Source of the DNA: an uncultured Chloroflexia bacterium
GTDB taxonomy: Bacteria; Chloroflexota; Limnocylindria; Limnocylindrales; CSP1-4
Assembly: GCA_963705215.1 (NCBI GenBank)
Contig: CAVPJI010000010.1
Coordinates: 104,564 to 168,563 of the forward strand
Reading direction: 5' to 3'
Length of the DNA stretch: 64,000 bases
The position numbers and the translations under genes were made by a program. How positions within the stretch are numbered: position 1 is the stretch's first letter; each line of letters opens with the position of its first letter. Positions 15,875 to 28,460 of this stretch are shown here, one piece after another. The notes below the pieces were generated by a model. That model made no database searches and was not told the origin of the DNA. It saw nothing but the letters and a program-made list of their open reading frames with translations.

Positions 15875-16765
15875 CTACCCGTGGGCCCCCCGCGCATAGC
15901 TGCCCAGGACCCGCACCGAGGTCGTCACCCCGGCCAGATCGTCGAGCGCCTCCCGCGTGGTGAGCGCGCTCGCATCGGCATCGAGGTCGACCCAGAAGAC
16001 GTACTCCCAGGGCCGGTCTTGGGCCGGTCGGCTCTCCAGCTTCGACATGTTCAGGTCGTGGTCGGCGAAGACGGTCATCGCCCGCAGGAGGGCGCCCGGC
16101 TCGTTCCGGATCCCGATCACGAGCGTGGTGCGGGCAGCACCGGCCGGGTCCACGGCGGCCGTCTGCGCCGCGGGCAGCGATGCCTCCGGTGGCGCGACGA
16201 CCAGGAAGCGTGTCCGGTTGTCGGGATCACCCTGGATGCCATCGGCGAGGATCTCCAGCCCGAAGAGCGCCGCGGCCCGGGGCGAGAGGACGGCCGCCGC
16301 GCCACGTTCGCTCCGCTCGACGATCGCCTTCCCGGCGCCGGCAGTGTTGTACGTCGTGAGGAGCGTCCAGGGCCGGGCGCGCAGGAACACGTCGGCCTGG
16401 CCCAGCGCCTGGACGTGCGAGTAGACGCGCTCGATCCCGTCCAGCGTCTCCCCCGGAAGCGCGGCGAGGCACAGTCGGACGGGCACGACCACCTCGCCCC
16501 GGATCTCGAGCGCGAACTCGAGGAGGAGGTCGTAGTTCTCGCGCACCGTGCCGTTGACGAGGTTCTCGATGGGAACGACGCCTGCGATGGCCCGGCCGTC
16601 GGCGACGGCCTCGAAGACGCCCCGGAAGCCTCCGATCGGCAGTGTCGAGGCCTCCGCGCCGAAATAGGCGCGCACGGCGTCCTCGGCGAAGGCGCCGGGC
16701 TCGCCGGAGTACGCGACCGCGAGCGAGGCGGGCGTGCGGGGTCCGGGTGACGTGGGCCGGGTCAT
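15875..16765 (-). CDS. pheA: Prephenate dehydratase with a C-terminal ACT domain.
   Basis: PDT domain (VAYSGEPGAFAE…) plus an ACT domain (TLVIGIRNEPGALLRAMTVFADHDLNMSKLESRP). ATGA overlap with the upstream ORF. Confidence 0.85.
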   Translation of the reverse strand: MTRPTSPGPRTPASLAVAYSGEPGAFAEDAVRAYFGAEASTLPIGGFRGVFEAVADGRAIAGVVPIENLVNGTVRENYDLLLEFALEIRGEVVVPVRLCLAALPGETLDGIERVYSHVQALGQADVFLRARPWTLLTTYNTAGAGKAIVERSERGAAAVLSPRAAALFGLEILADGIQGDPDNRTRFLVVAPPEASLPAAQTAAVDPAGAARTTLVIGIRNEPGALLRAMTVFADHDLNMSKLESRPAQDRPWEYVFWVDLDADASALTTREALDDLAGVTTSVRVLGSYARGAHG

Positions 16766-17253
16766 CGGTCGAACCAGCTCCCACCCAGCTCGTCGGCCTG
16801 CGACTCGTCCAGCTCGGCGCGGCCGCCCGCCCGTGCGGCACCGGCACGGAGCTCGGCCAGGCGGGCGTTGCCGGCGGCCTCGGTCGCCCCGGCCCAGGCG
16901 TCGTCGGCGAGGAGAGCCCGCAGTGCCTCGAGATACGCCTCAGCGCAGGCAGCGACCAGGTTCACGTCACGGGCGGTCCCGACATGGCGCCCCGTCGCTC
17001 GCTCGCCGGTGGCCGTGGCGGGCGGCTCGACCGCAAGCTCCACCAGCGCGTCGGCGCCGGCCGTCTCGCCGATCGCGTGGACGTCGAACGAGACCAGGCG
17101 CACGCGCCCGCCGAGAACGTCCGCGAGGGCGGCGTCCACGGCGTCGAACAGCGATCCGATCGCGCCCGCGCTCTCGGCCGTGGCCTCCCACTGGTGATCG
17201 CCGGCGGCAAGGACGACGGCCGCCCGGGCGATGCCCGACGAGCCGGTCGTCAT
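16762..17253 (-). CDS. Standalone protein resembling the LeuA C-terminal allosteric/dimerisation (LeuA_dimer) domain, translationally coupled (ATGA) to pheA.
   Basis: AGAIGSLFDAVDAAL…RVRLVSFDVHAIGETAGADALVELAVE…VGTARDVNLVAACAEAYLEAL runs parallel to the regulatory domains of both LeuA-family proteins in this window. It lies in the C-terminal part of the spurious-looking ORF 16762..19761. Confidence 0.45.
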   Translation of the reverse strand: MTTGSSGIARAAVVLAAGDHQWEATAESAGAIGSLFDAVDAALADVLGGRVRLVSFDVHAIGETAGADALVELAVEPPATATGERATGRHVGTARDVNLVAACAEAYLEALRALLADDAWAGATEAAGNARLAELRAGAARAGGRAELDESQADELGGSWFDR

Positions 17254-17348
17254 CGTCCAGCGGAGAAGGTGCAGCCCCTCGGGCCGGGGCACCGGCCCAC
17301 CGGGCGCCCCGCGCGCGCCCAGCCCAGCTTCGCCGCCCCGGTGCTCGC

Positions 17349-19067
<1,719 letters not shown>

Positions 19068-19138
19068 TGGGGTCACGGATCGGTTCCTTCGAAGTCGAGT
19101 CGGACTGGATCGGGCGGCTCGGGCTTGGGCGACCGCCG

Positions 19139-20326
19139 TCAGGCGATCGCCCCGGTAATCCCGATCCGGGCCACGATCGCGTCGGCCATCGCGACGGTCC
19201 CCACACGGGCGCAGGCTTGAGCCAGGGCCGGGTCGCGCGGCCAGATGTCGGCGGTACGGAAGCCGTCGTCGAGGGCGCGCCCCACGGCCGCCTCCACCGC
19301 GTCGGCGGCGTCGGCGCGGCCCAGCGACCAGCGCAGGAGCAACGCCGCGGAGAGGATCGTGCCCACCGGGTTCGCCAGGTCCTGCCCGGCGATGTCCGGC
19401 GCCGAGCCGTGGATCGGCTCGTAGAGCCCGTGCAGGCCGTGCGCAGTCCGCCGCGTGCCGATGGAGGCGGAGGGCAGCATCCCCAGGCTCCCCGCCAGCA
19501 CCGACGCCTCGTCGGACAGGATGTCGCCGAACAGGTTCTCGGTGACCAGCACGTCGAAGCTCGCCGGGGCCCGCACGATCTGCATCGCGCAGGCGTCCAC
19601 GAGCCGGTCGTCGAGGGCCACGTCGGGGTATTCGGCGGCGATCTCGTGGACGACGGTCCGCCACAGGCGGGACGTTGCCAGGACGTTGGCCTTGTCGACG
19701 CTCGTGAGGCGGCGACTGCGACCGCGGGCCAGGTCGAAGGCCAGCCGCGCGACGCGGGCAACCTCCGCCTCGGAGTACGGCAGCAGGTCGCTGGCGGCGC
19801 GCGCGCCCGGGGCGCCGGTCGCCTCGGTGCGCGAGCCGAAGTAGAGGCCGCCGGTCAGCTCGCGGACGATGAGCATGTCGACGCCCTCGAGGAGCTCCGG
19901 GCGGAGCGGCGACGCGGGCACGAGCGTCGGATGGACGCTCACGGGGCGCAGGTTGGCGAAGAGGCCGAGGCCCCCGCGCATGGCGAAGAGGGCCTGCTCG
20001 GGGCGAACGGTGGCCTGCGGGTCGTCCCAGCGGGGGCCGCCGACGGCACCGAGCAGGATCGCGTCGCTGGCTGCGCACACGGCGAGGTCCTCGTCGCGGA
20101 TGGCCACCCCGTACGCGTCGATCGCGGCCCCGCCCGCGACGAGGTCCGTCCACGCGAGCGCGAACCCGAAGCGGGCGGCGACGGCCGCGAGGACGCGCTT
20201 CGCCGCGCCGACGACAGCGGGCCCGACGCCGTCGCCCGGGATCGCGACGAGGCGGTAGGTCGGGCCCGGGCTGCCCGACCTGCCGGCGGCCCCGGTCGAG
20301 CCCGGAAGGCCACCCTCCGTGGTCAC
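19139..20326 (-). CDS. leuB: 3-isopropylmalate dehydrogenase.
   Basis: RLVAIPGDGVGPAV…NLFGDILSDEASVLAGSLGMLPSAS. GTGA overlap with the leuA stop. Confidence 0.85.
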   Translation of the reverse strand: MTTEGGLPGSTGAAGRSGSPGPTYRLVAIPGDGVGPAVVGAAKRVLAAVAARFGFALAWTDLVAGGAAIDAYGVAIRDEDLAVCAASDAILLGAVGGPRWDDPQATVRPEQALFAMRGGLGLFANLRPVSVHPTLVPASPLRPELLEGVDMLIVRELTGGLYFGSRTEATGAPGARAASDLLPYSEAEVARVARLAFDLARGRSRRLTSVDKANVLATSRLWRTVVHEIAAEYPDVALDDRLVDACAMQIVRAPASFDVLVTENLFGDILSDEASVLAGSLGMLPSASIGTRRTAHGLHGLYEPIHGSAPDIAGQDLANPVGTILSAALLLRWSLGRADAADAVEAAVGRALDDGFRTADIWPRDPALAQACARVGTVAMADAIVARIGITGAIA

Positions 20327-21951
20327 GGCAGCTGCTCCGCCGAGCGGCGCATCGGGATGACCGTGCCGTCGAGCTCCGCCGCGCGGAGCTTGTTGGCCGC
20401 CAGGACATAGGCCTCCAGCGAGGCCTCGATGATGTTCGTGGAGAGGCCGTGGCCGGTGACCACGTGCGCCTCGGGGCTGGCGTCGATCGAACGCCGGCAG
20501 CGGATGAAGACGCGGCCCTGCGCGTCCTCGCCCTCGGTGATCGCCTTGATCTCGTACTCCTCGAGCGTCGGCTCCCAGCCCAGGATCGGCCGGATCGCGT
20601 CGTCGACCGCTCGATAGAGGGCGTTGACCGGCCCGTTGCCGGTCTCCTCGCCGGCCCGCTCCTCGCCGTCGAGGGTGACCCGGACGCTCCCGGTGGAGCG
20701 GCCGCCGTGCGACGAGGTCACGCTCCAGCCCTCGAGGATGATCGAGGCCGGGACGTCGTCGGAGCGCTGCTGGGCGAGGGCGAGGAGGTCGGCGTCGGTG
20801 ACCTCCTTCTTGAGGTCGGCCAGCGCGATCGCCTCGCGGTAGATGACGTCCAGGGCATCGCCCGAGACATCGTGGCCCAGGTCGCGCAGCTTCTTCTGGA
20901 GCCCCTTGCGTCCCGACAGCTTGCCGATCGTGAGCTGGCTGCCCGAGAGGCCGACGGACTGGGGGGTCATGATCTCGTAGGTGAGCGGGTTCTTGATGAC
21001 GCCGTCCTGGTGGATCCCGCTCTCGTGGGCGAACGCGTTGGCGCCGACCACGGCCTTGTTGGGCTGGATGGCGAAGCCGGTCAGGTGGCTCACGAGCCGG
21101 CTGGCGGACGAGATCTGGTCGGTCTGGACCCGGCTGGCCAGGTCGGGGAACTGGGTGGGTCGCGTGCGGAGGGCCATGACGACCTCCTCCAGCGACGCGT
21201 TCCCGGCGCGCTCGCCGAGCCCGTTGATCGTGACCTCCACCTGGCGCGCGCCGGCCTGGACGGCGGCGAGCGTGTTGGCGGTGGCGAGGCCGAGGTCGTT
21301 GTGGCAGTGGATCGAGACGGTTGCCTGGTCGCCGACCAGCGCGTAGACCCGTTCGACGAGCGCGCCGAACTCGGACGGGATCGCGTAGCCGACCGTGTCG
21401 GGGATGTTGACCGTGGAGGCACCGGCTCCCACGACCGCCTCGTACACCTGGAGCAGGTACTCCGGGTCGGTGCGCGAGGCGTCCTCGGCCGAGAACTCGA
21501 TCTCGGCATCGCGTCCCAGCTGCTCGCGGCCGTAGCGGACCCAGCGGATCGCTTCCGCGAGGGCCTCCTCGCGTGACAGCTTGAGCTTGTGCTTGAGGTG
21601 GATGTCGGAGGTGGCGATGAAGACGTGGAGATGGGGGCGCTCGGCGACCTTGATCGCCTCGATCGCGCGCTGGGGATCGCCGTCGCGGCAGCGGGCGAGC
21701 GCGGCGACGGCCACGCCCTTGGTCTCCTTCGCGATCCGGTGGACGGCCTCCCAGTCGCCCGGCGAGGCCGCCGGGAATCCGGCCTCGATGACGTCGACCT
21801 TGAGGCGGACGAGCTGGCGGGCGACCTCCAGCTTCTCGGCGGCGGTCAGGCCGGCGCCCGGCGCCTGCTCCCCGTCGCGGAGGGTGGTGTCGAAGATACG
21901 GACGGAGCCCGCGGGGACGAACGGGCCGGCGGGTACGGGAACCGACGGCAT
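20323..21951 (-). CDS. leuA: 2-isopropylmalate synthase (bacterial short type).
   Basis: IFDTTLRDGEQAPG…IHCHNDLGLATANTLAAVQAGARQVEVTINGLGERAGNASLEEVVMAL…GNGPVNALYRAVDDAI. Collinear with E. coli LeuA. Start at MPSVPVP. Confidence 0.85.
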   Translation of the reverse strand: MPSVPVPAGPFVPAGSVRIFDTTLRDGEQAPGAGLTAAEKLEVARQLVRLKVDVIEAGFPAASPGDWEAVHRIAKETKGVAVAALARCRDGDPQRAIEAIKVAERPHLHVFIATSDIHLKHKLKLSREEALAEAIRWVRYGREQLGRDAEIEFSAEDASRTDPEYLLQVYEAVVGAGASTVNIPDTVGYAIPSEFGALVERVYALVGDQATVSIHCHNDLGLATANTLAAVQAGARQVEVTINGLGERAGNASLEEVVMALRTRPTQFPDLASRVQTDQISSASRLVSHLTGFAIQPNKAVVGANAFAHESGIHQDGVIKNPLTYEIMTPQSVGLSGSQLTIGKLSGRKGLQKKLRDLGHDVSGDALDVIYREAIALADLKKEVTDADLLALAQQRSDDVPASIILEGWSVTSSHGGRSTGSVRVTLDGEERAGEETGNGPVNALYRAVDDAIRPILGWEPTLEEYEIKAITEGEDAQGRVFIRCRRSIDASPEAHVVTGHGLSTNIIEASLEAYVLAANKLRAAELDGTVIPMRRSAEQLP

Positions 21952-21952
21952 C

Positions 21953-23008
21953 TCAGTGGGCCTTTCCTGCTGTGTCCGAGGCGCTGGCCTGGGCCTGGCC
22001 GGCGCGCACGGTGACGGGGTTGAGGAACGGCATGCCTGCCCGAAGGCCGGCGCCGACCTGCTCGATCTGGTGATCGCGGTCCTGGGCGCGGAGGCGCTCG
22101 AACTCGGGGCGGCCGGCGTCGTTCTCGGCGATCCAGCTGGCGGCGAAGGTGCCGTCCTGGATCTCCGCGAGGACTGCCCGCATCGTGGCGCGGACACGCT
22201 CGTCGATGATCCGCGGCCCGGAGACGTAGTCCCCGTACTCGGCGGTGTCGCTCACGCTGAAGCGCATGAAGTTGAGGCCGCCGCGATACATGAGGTCGAC
22301 GATGAGCTTCAGCTCGTGCATCGTCTCGAAGTAGGCGAGCTCGGGCTGGTAGCCGGCCTCCACGAGCGTCTCGAAGGCCATCTTCACGAGGGCGGCGGTG
22401 CCGCCGCAGAGGACGCTCTGCTCGCCGAAGAGGTCGGTTTCGGTCTCCTCGGCGAACGTGGTCTCGAGGACCCCGGCCCGCGTGTTGCCAAGCCCGCGGG
22501 CATAGGCAAGGACGCGGGCGCGGGCGGTCCCGGTGGCGTCCTGGTGGACCGCGAACAGGGCCGGCACGCCGCCGCCGCTCTTGTAGACGGAGCGGACGAG
22601 GTGGCCGGGGCCCTTGGGGGCGACCATCCCGACGTCGACGCCCTCCGGCGGGGCGATCCGGCCGTAGCGGATGTTGAAGCCGTGGGCGAACAGGACGAGG
22701 GTGCCCGGCTTCAGGTTCGGGGCGATCTCCGCGTCCCAGGCCGCCTTCTGGGCCGTGTCGGGGATCGCGATCATCACGACGTCGGCGGCGGCCACGGCGG
22801 CCCCCGTGTCGAGCACGGGGAGGCCCGCCTCCGAGGCGAGCGCGCGGCTCTTCGAGGCCGGCGGGAGGCCCACGACGACGTCGACGCCCGACTCGCGCAG
22901 GTTCAGCGCGTGGGCGTGGCCCTGGCTGCCGAACCCGATGATCGCGACGGTCTGGCCGGCCAGCGCCGCCAGGTCCGCGTCCGCGTCGTAGTACATCTTC
23001 GCCGTCAT
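21953..23008 (-). CDS. ilvC: Ketol-acid reductoisomerase.
   Basis: [22 protein letters not shown] is the Rossmann NADPH site, and the sequence is collinear with full-length IlvC. Confidence 0.9.
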   Translation of the reverse strand: MTAKMYYDADADLAALAGQTVAIIGFGSQGHAHALNLRESGVDVVVGLPPASKSRALASEAGLPVLDTGAAVAAADVVMIAIPDTAQKAAWDAEIAPNLKPGTLVLFAHGFNIRYGRIAPPEGVDVGMVAPKGPGHLVRSVYKSGGGVPALFAVHQDATGTARARVLAYARGLGNTRAGVLETTFAEETETDLFGEQSVLCGGTAALVKMAFETLVEAGYQPELAYFETMHELKLIVDLMYRGGLNFMRFSVSDTAEYGDYVSGPRIIDERVRATMRAVLAEIQDGTFAASWIAENDAGRPEFERLRAQDRDHQIEQVGAGLRAGMPFLNPVTVRAGQAQASASDTAGKAH

Positions 23009-23586
23009 CGCTTGGTGGCCTCCTCGATCGACTGCGCGCCCCGCGACATCACGACCGTCCCGGTGCGCACCATCTCCTTGATCCCGTAGCCGCGGAGGAG
23101 GGTGATCAGGGCGTCCACCTCCGACTCGGTGCCCGTCGTCTCGACGATGACGGCCTCGGCCGCCATGTCCACGATCCGGGCCTTGTACATCTCCACGATG
23201 GAGATCAGCTCCCCGCGCGTGCGGTCGGTCGCCCGCACCTTCACGAGGACGAGCTCGCGCTGGACGGTCGGCTCGTCGGTGACGTCCTGGACCTTGAGCA
23301 CGTCGATGATCTTGTAGAGCTGCTTGGCGGCCTGCTCCACGAGGACGTCGTCCGCGCGGAGGGTGATCGTCATGCGGCTGATCTTGGGGTCGTCCAGGTG
23401 GCTGACGGCCAGCGACTCGATGTTGAAGTTGCGGGCGCGCATGAGGCTGGCGACCCGGTTCAGAACGCCGGGACGGTTGTTCACGATCGCCACGAGCACG
23501 TGGCGGCGCTGCTCGCCGGTCCCCGGCAGGGTGCGCGGCGGGGGTGCGCTGTGGGCGGGCACCCGGGCGGATCCGTCGGGGCTCAT
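23005..23586 (-). CDS. ilvN: Acetolactate synthase small (regulatory) subunit.
   Basis: [33 protein letters not shown] is the ACT domain. ATGA overlap with the ilvB stop. Confidence 0.85.
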   Translation of the reverse strand: MSPDGSARVPAHSAPPPRTLPGTGEQRRHVLVAIVNNRPGVLNRVASLMRARNFNIESLAVSHLDDPKISRMTITLRADDVLVEQAAKQLYKIIDVLKVQDVTDEPTVQRELVLVKVRATDRTRGELISIVEMYKARIVDMAAEAVIVETTGTESEVDALITLLRGYGIKEMVRTGTVVMSRGAQSIEEATKR

Positions 23587-25541
23587 TCGTCGGCTCCTCC
23601 CCAGGTCTCGATGAGGTCCGAGAGGCCTTTGCCGGCGGGCATGATCGGCAGGACGTTCTGCTCCTCGGCGATCTCGAACCAGACGAGCGCCGGGCCGTCG
23701 ACGGCGTTGGCGGCCTCGATGGCGGGCCGCACCTCCTCGGGCGACCGGACCTTCCAGGCCGGGATGCCGTAGGCGTCGGCGAGCTTCAGGTAGTCGGGAC
23801 CGAGCATGTTGGAGGAGTGGTAGTTGCCGCCGTAGAAGATCTCCTGCCACTGCCGGATCATCCCGAGCTTGTGGTTGTCGAGGAGGGCGATCCGAACCGG
23901 GATCCGATCCTGCACGAGCGTGGCCAGCTCCTGGATGGTCATCTGGAAGCCGCCGTCGCCGCAGATCGCCCAGGTCGACTTGTCGGGACGGCCGAGGGCA
24001 GCGCCCATGGCCGCCGGGACCGCGAAGCCCATCGTGCCCAGGCCGCCGGAGCTGAGGTGGCTGTGCGGCCGCCGGTAGCCGGCGTAGCGCGCCGTCCACA
24101 TCTGGTTCTGCCCGACGTCGGCCACGAGGGTCGCATCGTGATCCGTGGCCTCGCCGATCTGGGCGACCACGAAGTCCGCCGAGAGGAGCCCGTCGCGCCA
24201 GGCGCCCGAGCCGTGCCAGCTCGATCCCTCCGAGTCCAGCCGCCACTCGGCGAGCTGGGCCAGGTAGCCGTCCCGCTCCGCCCCAGCTCCGGGCTGCACC
24301 AGCGGGAGCAGGCCGCCCAGGACGCGCTTCGCATCGCCCACGACGGGGATGTCCACGGCCACGTTCTTGCCGATCTCGGCCGGGTCGATGTCGACGTGGA
24401 TGATCCGCGCGTACGGCGCGTAGGTGCGCACGCTGCCGGTCACCCGGTCGTCGAAGCGCATGCCCACGGCGATGATGAGGTCGGAGGCCTGGATCGCGCG
24501 GTTGACGTGCTTCCAGCCGTGCATCCCCATGTAGCCGTAGGCCAGGGGATGGGTCTCGTCCATGGCACCGACCCCGAGGAGGGTCCACGCGACGGGGATC
24601 CGGGCCTTCTCGGCGAGGATCCGGAGCTCCTCGGTCGCGTCGGCGATGAGGATCCCGTGGCCGGCCAGGATGATGGGTCGGCGAGACTGCGCGATCTCCT
24701 CGGCGATGAGCTTGAGCTGCCGGGGATGGCCGCCCAGGTTCGGGCGGAAGCCCGGCAGCCCGGCCACGACCTCCTCGTCAGTTGGGTGGGGCGCGTCGGT
24801 CTCCTGCTGGAAGGCATCCTTCGTGATGTCGATGTGCACGGGGCCGGGCCGGCCCGTCCGGGCGATGTGGAAGGCCTCGGCCAGGACGCGGGGGAGGTCG
24901 TCGGCGTCGCGCACGAGGTAGTTGTGCTTGGTCATCGGCAGGGTGATGCCGGTGATGTCGATCTCCTGGAACGCGTCCTTGCCGAGGAGCGCGGCGGTCA
25001 CGTTGCCGGTGATGGCCACCATCGGGATGGAGTCGAGCTGGGCGTTGGCGATCCCGGTGACGAGGTTCGTGGCGGCCGGGCCCGAGGTGCCCAGGCACAC
25101 GCCCACCTTGCCGGTGGCACGGGCGTACCCGTCCGCGGCATGGGCGGCGCCCTGCTCGTGGCGGACGAGCACGTGACGGAGCTCCGGGTGGTCGCCCAGG
25201 ACGTCGTAGAGCGGCAGGATGACCCCGCCGGGGTAGCCGAACAGGACGTCGACACCCTGGCGGAGGATCGCCTCCACGAGGACATCGGCGCCGATCCGGG
25301 CGCGCTTCCCGCGTCGCTCGGCGGCATCCAGGCGGGCCTGGTTGCCCTCGTGCAGCATCTCCTGACGGGCCTTCTCGACGGCGTCCGCGGCCGCCGTCCC
25401 GGCGCCCGGCACGTGGCTGCGGCGCGTGCCGCCGGCCGACGGGGGTGGCCCCACGGACGCGTCCGCGGCCGCAGCCGCGTCCGCCGCCGCGGCCGTCGCG
25501 TTCGGGGGAGCCGCCGCCCCCTCGCCCTTCGTCATCGCCAT
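23583..25541 (-). CDS. ilvB: Acetolactate synthase large subunit (TPP/FAD enzyme). The N-terminus has an Ala-rich extension of about 70 aa; alternative start MLHEGNQ.
   Basis: [12 protein letters not shown]…[14 protein letters not shown]…, i.e. the TPP motif GDG…N, collinear with IlvB. Confidence 0.85.
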   Translation of the reverse strand: MAMTKGEGAAAPPNATAAAADAAAAADASVGPPPSAGGTRRSHVPGAGTAAADAVEKARQEMLHEGNQARLDAAERRGKRARIGADVLVEAILRQGVDVLFGYPGGVILPLYDVLGDHPELRHVLVRHEQGAAHAADGYARATGKVGVCLGTSGPAATNLVTGIANAQLDSIPMVAITGNVTAALLGKDAFQEIDITGITLPMTKHNYLVRDADDLPRVLAEAFHIARTGRPGPVHIDITKDAFQQETDAPHPTDEEVVAGLPGFRPNLGGHPRQLKLIAEEIAQSRRPIILAGHGILIADATEELRILAEKARIPVAWTLLGVGAMDETHPLAYGYMGMHGWKHVNRAIQASDLIIAVGMRFDDRVTGSVRTYAPYARIIHVDIDPAEIGKNVAVDIPVVGDAKRVLGGLLPLVQPGAGAERDGYLAQLAEWRLDSEGSSWHGSGAWRDGLLSADFVVAQIGEATDHDATLVADVGQNQMWTARYAGYRRPHSHLSSGGLGTMGFAVPAAMGAALGRPDKSTWAICGDGGFQMTIQELATLVQDRIPVRIALLDNHKLGMIRQWQEIFYGGNYHSSNMLGPDYLKLADAYGIPAWKVRSPEEVRPAIEAANAVDGPALVWFEIAEEQNVLPIMPAGKGLSDLIETWGGADE

Positions 25542-25605
25542 CGCTGCTCCTGACCTCCCTCGACCGCCCGCCGTGGCCTCGTCGGCCCCCGGCGAACCCG
25601 TCGCT

Positions 25606-25804
25606 CATGCAAAGACCCCCGCCGGTCTCCCGGCGAGGGCCTGTTGGTTCCGTTCGTTCGGTGCGCCTAGCGCTCCGTCCGAGGTCCTCCAGACTCCCGC
25701 CGGGAGCCGCCAATAAGGCCGAGAAGGCCAAGAAGGGCGAGGAGAATGGACCGGACGGATACGGGAGCGGCGTCGGGGCCGAGCTCATCGAGCGGCACGT
25801 TCAC
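25606..25804 (-). promoter_or_regulatory. Candidate ilvB leader/attenuator. A short ORF rich in Leu/Ile codons (…SILLALLGLLGLIGG…) is followed by a GC hairpin (CGCCGG-GAGA-CCGGCG) plus GGGGUCUUUGC, about 60 nt upstream of ilvB.
   Basis: A run of 8 Leu/Ile in 13 codons lies immediately upstream of a branched-chain operon. A stem-loop followed by a U-containing tract lies between it and the ilvB start (read on the minus strand). Confidence 0.3.
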
Positions 25805-26144
25805 GCGGCGGCCATCGCGCGTCACGGCGACGGCGACGGGGCGGCGATCCTGACCGTTGAACAAGCCCATGGTGCCGGGCAGCTCCTGCGCGGCTCGCCG
25901 CGACGCGACGAGTGGGCGGAGTGTAGCAGGGATCGGGGAGGCGTCAAACACCCGAGGCGCGTTTGTGAACGGCCAGCGAACCTGTTACCCATAAGCGGCC
26001 AGCGACTTTGTCACCCTCGCCGCCATGGAGAGGGAGACGATCTCCCTGGATGCTGGGCCTGACCCGTCGCCGCGTACACCGAGCCGCCGCTGGACGGGAT
26101 CCATCCGGGACTGAACCACGAAGGCGCCGCGGCCATACCTGCTG

Positions 26145-27645
26145 GTGATGAACGACACCCCGGCAGCCGCGGTCGCGTCGCCGTGGCCGAACCGACGCAT
26201 CCCGGTCCGGGCGGTCGTTGCCGGTGCCCTCGTGGCCGCCCTCGCGCTCGGCTCGATGGGCTGCGGTCAGCCGGCACCGCCCACGCCGCGCCAGCCCGCC
26301 GCCGCGGCGGTAACGGCAGCGATCACGGAGGCCGGCCTGCGAGAGCGGCTCGAGGCCCTCGCCGTGGCAACCGGAGAGACGCCCCCTTATCGGTCGGTGG
26401 GCAGCGCCGGCTACGACCGCGCCGCCACCATGGTCGAGGACGCGCTCCGCGACGCCGGCTGGACGATCACCGCGGATGCGTACGACGCGCTTGCGTTCGA
26501 GGACGATGGCTCTTCGTCGCTCGAGATCGGGGCGCAGACATACGGGAAGAAGGATCTCCTGCCCCTGGTCTTCGCGCCGGCCGGCGACGTCGAGGGACCG
26601 GTCGTGGCGATCGACTGGAACCCCGCGGCCACGGCCGCGGACGGCAAGGGCTGCGCCGTGACGCACTACGGCGACCTGCCGTCGAACGCGATCGTCGTCG
26701 TCCGCTCCGGCGACTGCCTGCGTCGCGACCAGGTCATCGCGGCCCAGCAGGCCGGTGCCGCCGCGTTCGTGGCGGTCTACCCGTGGGCGCCGCCCGGCGC
26801 GACCTACCGCCCCACCCTCATCCAGCCGCAGTTCCTCACGATCCCCGCGGCCGGGGTCTCTCCCGAAGTCGCCGGGGCGCTGGTCGCCGCGGCGGCGGCC
26901 GGCGAGACGGCCCACCTCGTCACCCGGGCGCGCACCCTACAGGCCCCCACCCGCTCGATCATCGCCGAGCTGCCGGGAACCGAGCCCGAGGCGGTGATCA
27001 TGCTGGGGGCGCATCTCGACTCGGTGCTCGACGGCCCGGGCCTCAACGACGACGGCTCCGGCGTTGCCGCGCTCCTCGAGATCGCGGCGGCCCTCGCGGG
27101 TACGCGTCCCCGGGCGACGATCCGCCTGGCCTTCTGGAGCGGCGAGGAGCTCGGCCTGCACGGGTCCTATCGCTACGCGACGGCTCTCTCGAGCGAGGAT
27201 GCGCGGGCCATCCTCGTCTACGCGAACGTCGACATGATCGCCTCGCCGAACGGGTTCGCCGGCGTCTACGACGAGCCGGGCGCGCCCGTCGGCTCGGCGG
27301 CCGCGCGAGATCTCCTGGCCTCGGCGGTCGAGCGGGCCGGCGGCACGGCGGTCGGCGTCGACCTGGGCGGTGGCTCGGACCACCGCGGGTTCGCCGAATC
27401 GGGCGTGGCCACGGCGGGCGTCTTCTCGGGCGCCAGCGAGCCGGTCTCGGCCGAGCAGGCAGCCGCGTCGGGAGCGCAGGCTCCGGGCTCCGGGGCCGTG
27501 GCCGGCCAGCCGGCCGACGCCTGCTACCACCAGATCCTGCGACGATCTCACGAACGCGAACCTGCGCCTCGCCCGGGTGCTGGCGGCAGGCCTCGCCGAC
27601 TTCACCGTCCGGGTGGCCAACAACCCCGAGCTGCTGCGCCACTGA
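26145..27645 (+). pseudogene. M28-family (PA-domain) aminopeptidase lipoprotein. A +1 frame break at about 27534 places the conserved C-terminus (…SCDDLTNANLRLARV…) in the frame of ORF 27370..27645.
   Basis: Lipobox LGSMGCGQ, the M28 Zn ligands (HLDSV, NDDGSG, SGEELGLHGS, NVDM, GGSDH), then …CYHQ in frame 1 and SCDDL… in frame 2 (the expected motif is CYHQxCD). Confidence 0.7.
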
Positions 27646-27792
27646 GCCAGGGCGCCGGGCTGCTCGCGCGTGCCGGGTGGTTGACGGAATGACCCGGTCG
27701 CGGCTGGCGGGCAGCCCCGCGACAGGTGCTTGATACTGTTCCCTCGTGGTCGTCGATTGGGGAAGGAGGCCACGCACGAGGAGGGGATCTCG

Positions 27793-28356
27793 ATGACCGA
27801 CCCGCGGACGATCATGGGCCCGATGGCCGACTCGCTCGAGGCGACGACCGGTCGGTCGGTGGAGGACTGGCTGGCGATCGTGCGCGGCCTGGGCCTCCAG
27901 CGCCACGGCGAGATCCTGGCCGCCCTCAAGCGCGACCATGGCCTCAGCCACGGCTACGCGAACCTGCTGGCGCTGGTCGCGACGGGCTACGGCCAGCAGG
28001 GCGAGGCCGAGCTCGTCGAGGGCCTCTTCGTCGGCCCCAAGGCGGGCCTCCGGCCGCTCTACGACCGGATCCTCGAGATCGCCACCGGCCTGGGCGACGA
28101 CGTCGCCATCGCTCCGAAGAAGACGATGGTCAGCTTCCGCCGGAAGAAGCAGTTCGCCTGCTTCACGCCGATGTCGGCGAAACGTGTCGACCTGGGGGTG
28201 AACCTGCGGGGTGACCTGGCCGACGAGGCGGTGGGCGTGGCGCGCCTCCGGCCGACCCCGGGTGGGATGGCCAGCCACGTCTTCGCGATCACGACCCCGG
28301 AGGAGATCGACGACGAGGTCATGGCCTGGATCCGCCGCGCCTACGACGCGAACTGA
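27793..28356 (+). CDS. Hypothetical protein, possibly DUF4287/DUF5655-like.
   Basis: Soluble, about 187 aa. RBS GAGGAGGGG upstream of the ATG. My similarity call is weak. Confidence 0.45.
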   Translation: MTDPRTIMGPMADSLEATTGRSVEDWLAIVRGLGLQRHGEILAALKRDHGLSHGYANLLALVATGYGQQGEAELVEGLFVGPKAGLRPLYDRILEIATGLGDDVAIAPKKTMVSFRRKKQFACFTPMSAKRVDLGVNLRGDLADEAVGVARLRPTPGGMASHVFAITTPEEIDDEVMAWIRRAYDAN

Positions 28357-28460
28357 GCACCGCCCGGATCGCCGGTCCGCCGACCGCCTGCCGGACCGCC
28401 GGCCTTCCTCTGCTACGCTTCGGCCTCCCACCGACCACACCGATTCGGAGCCGCACCACC

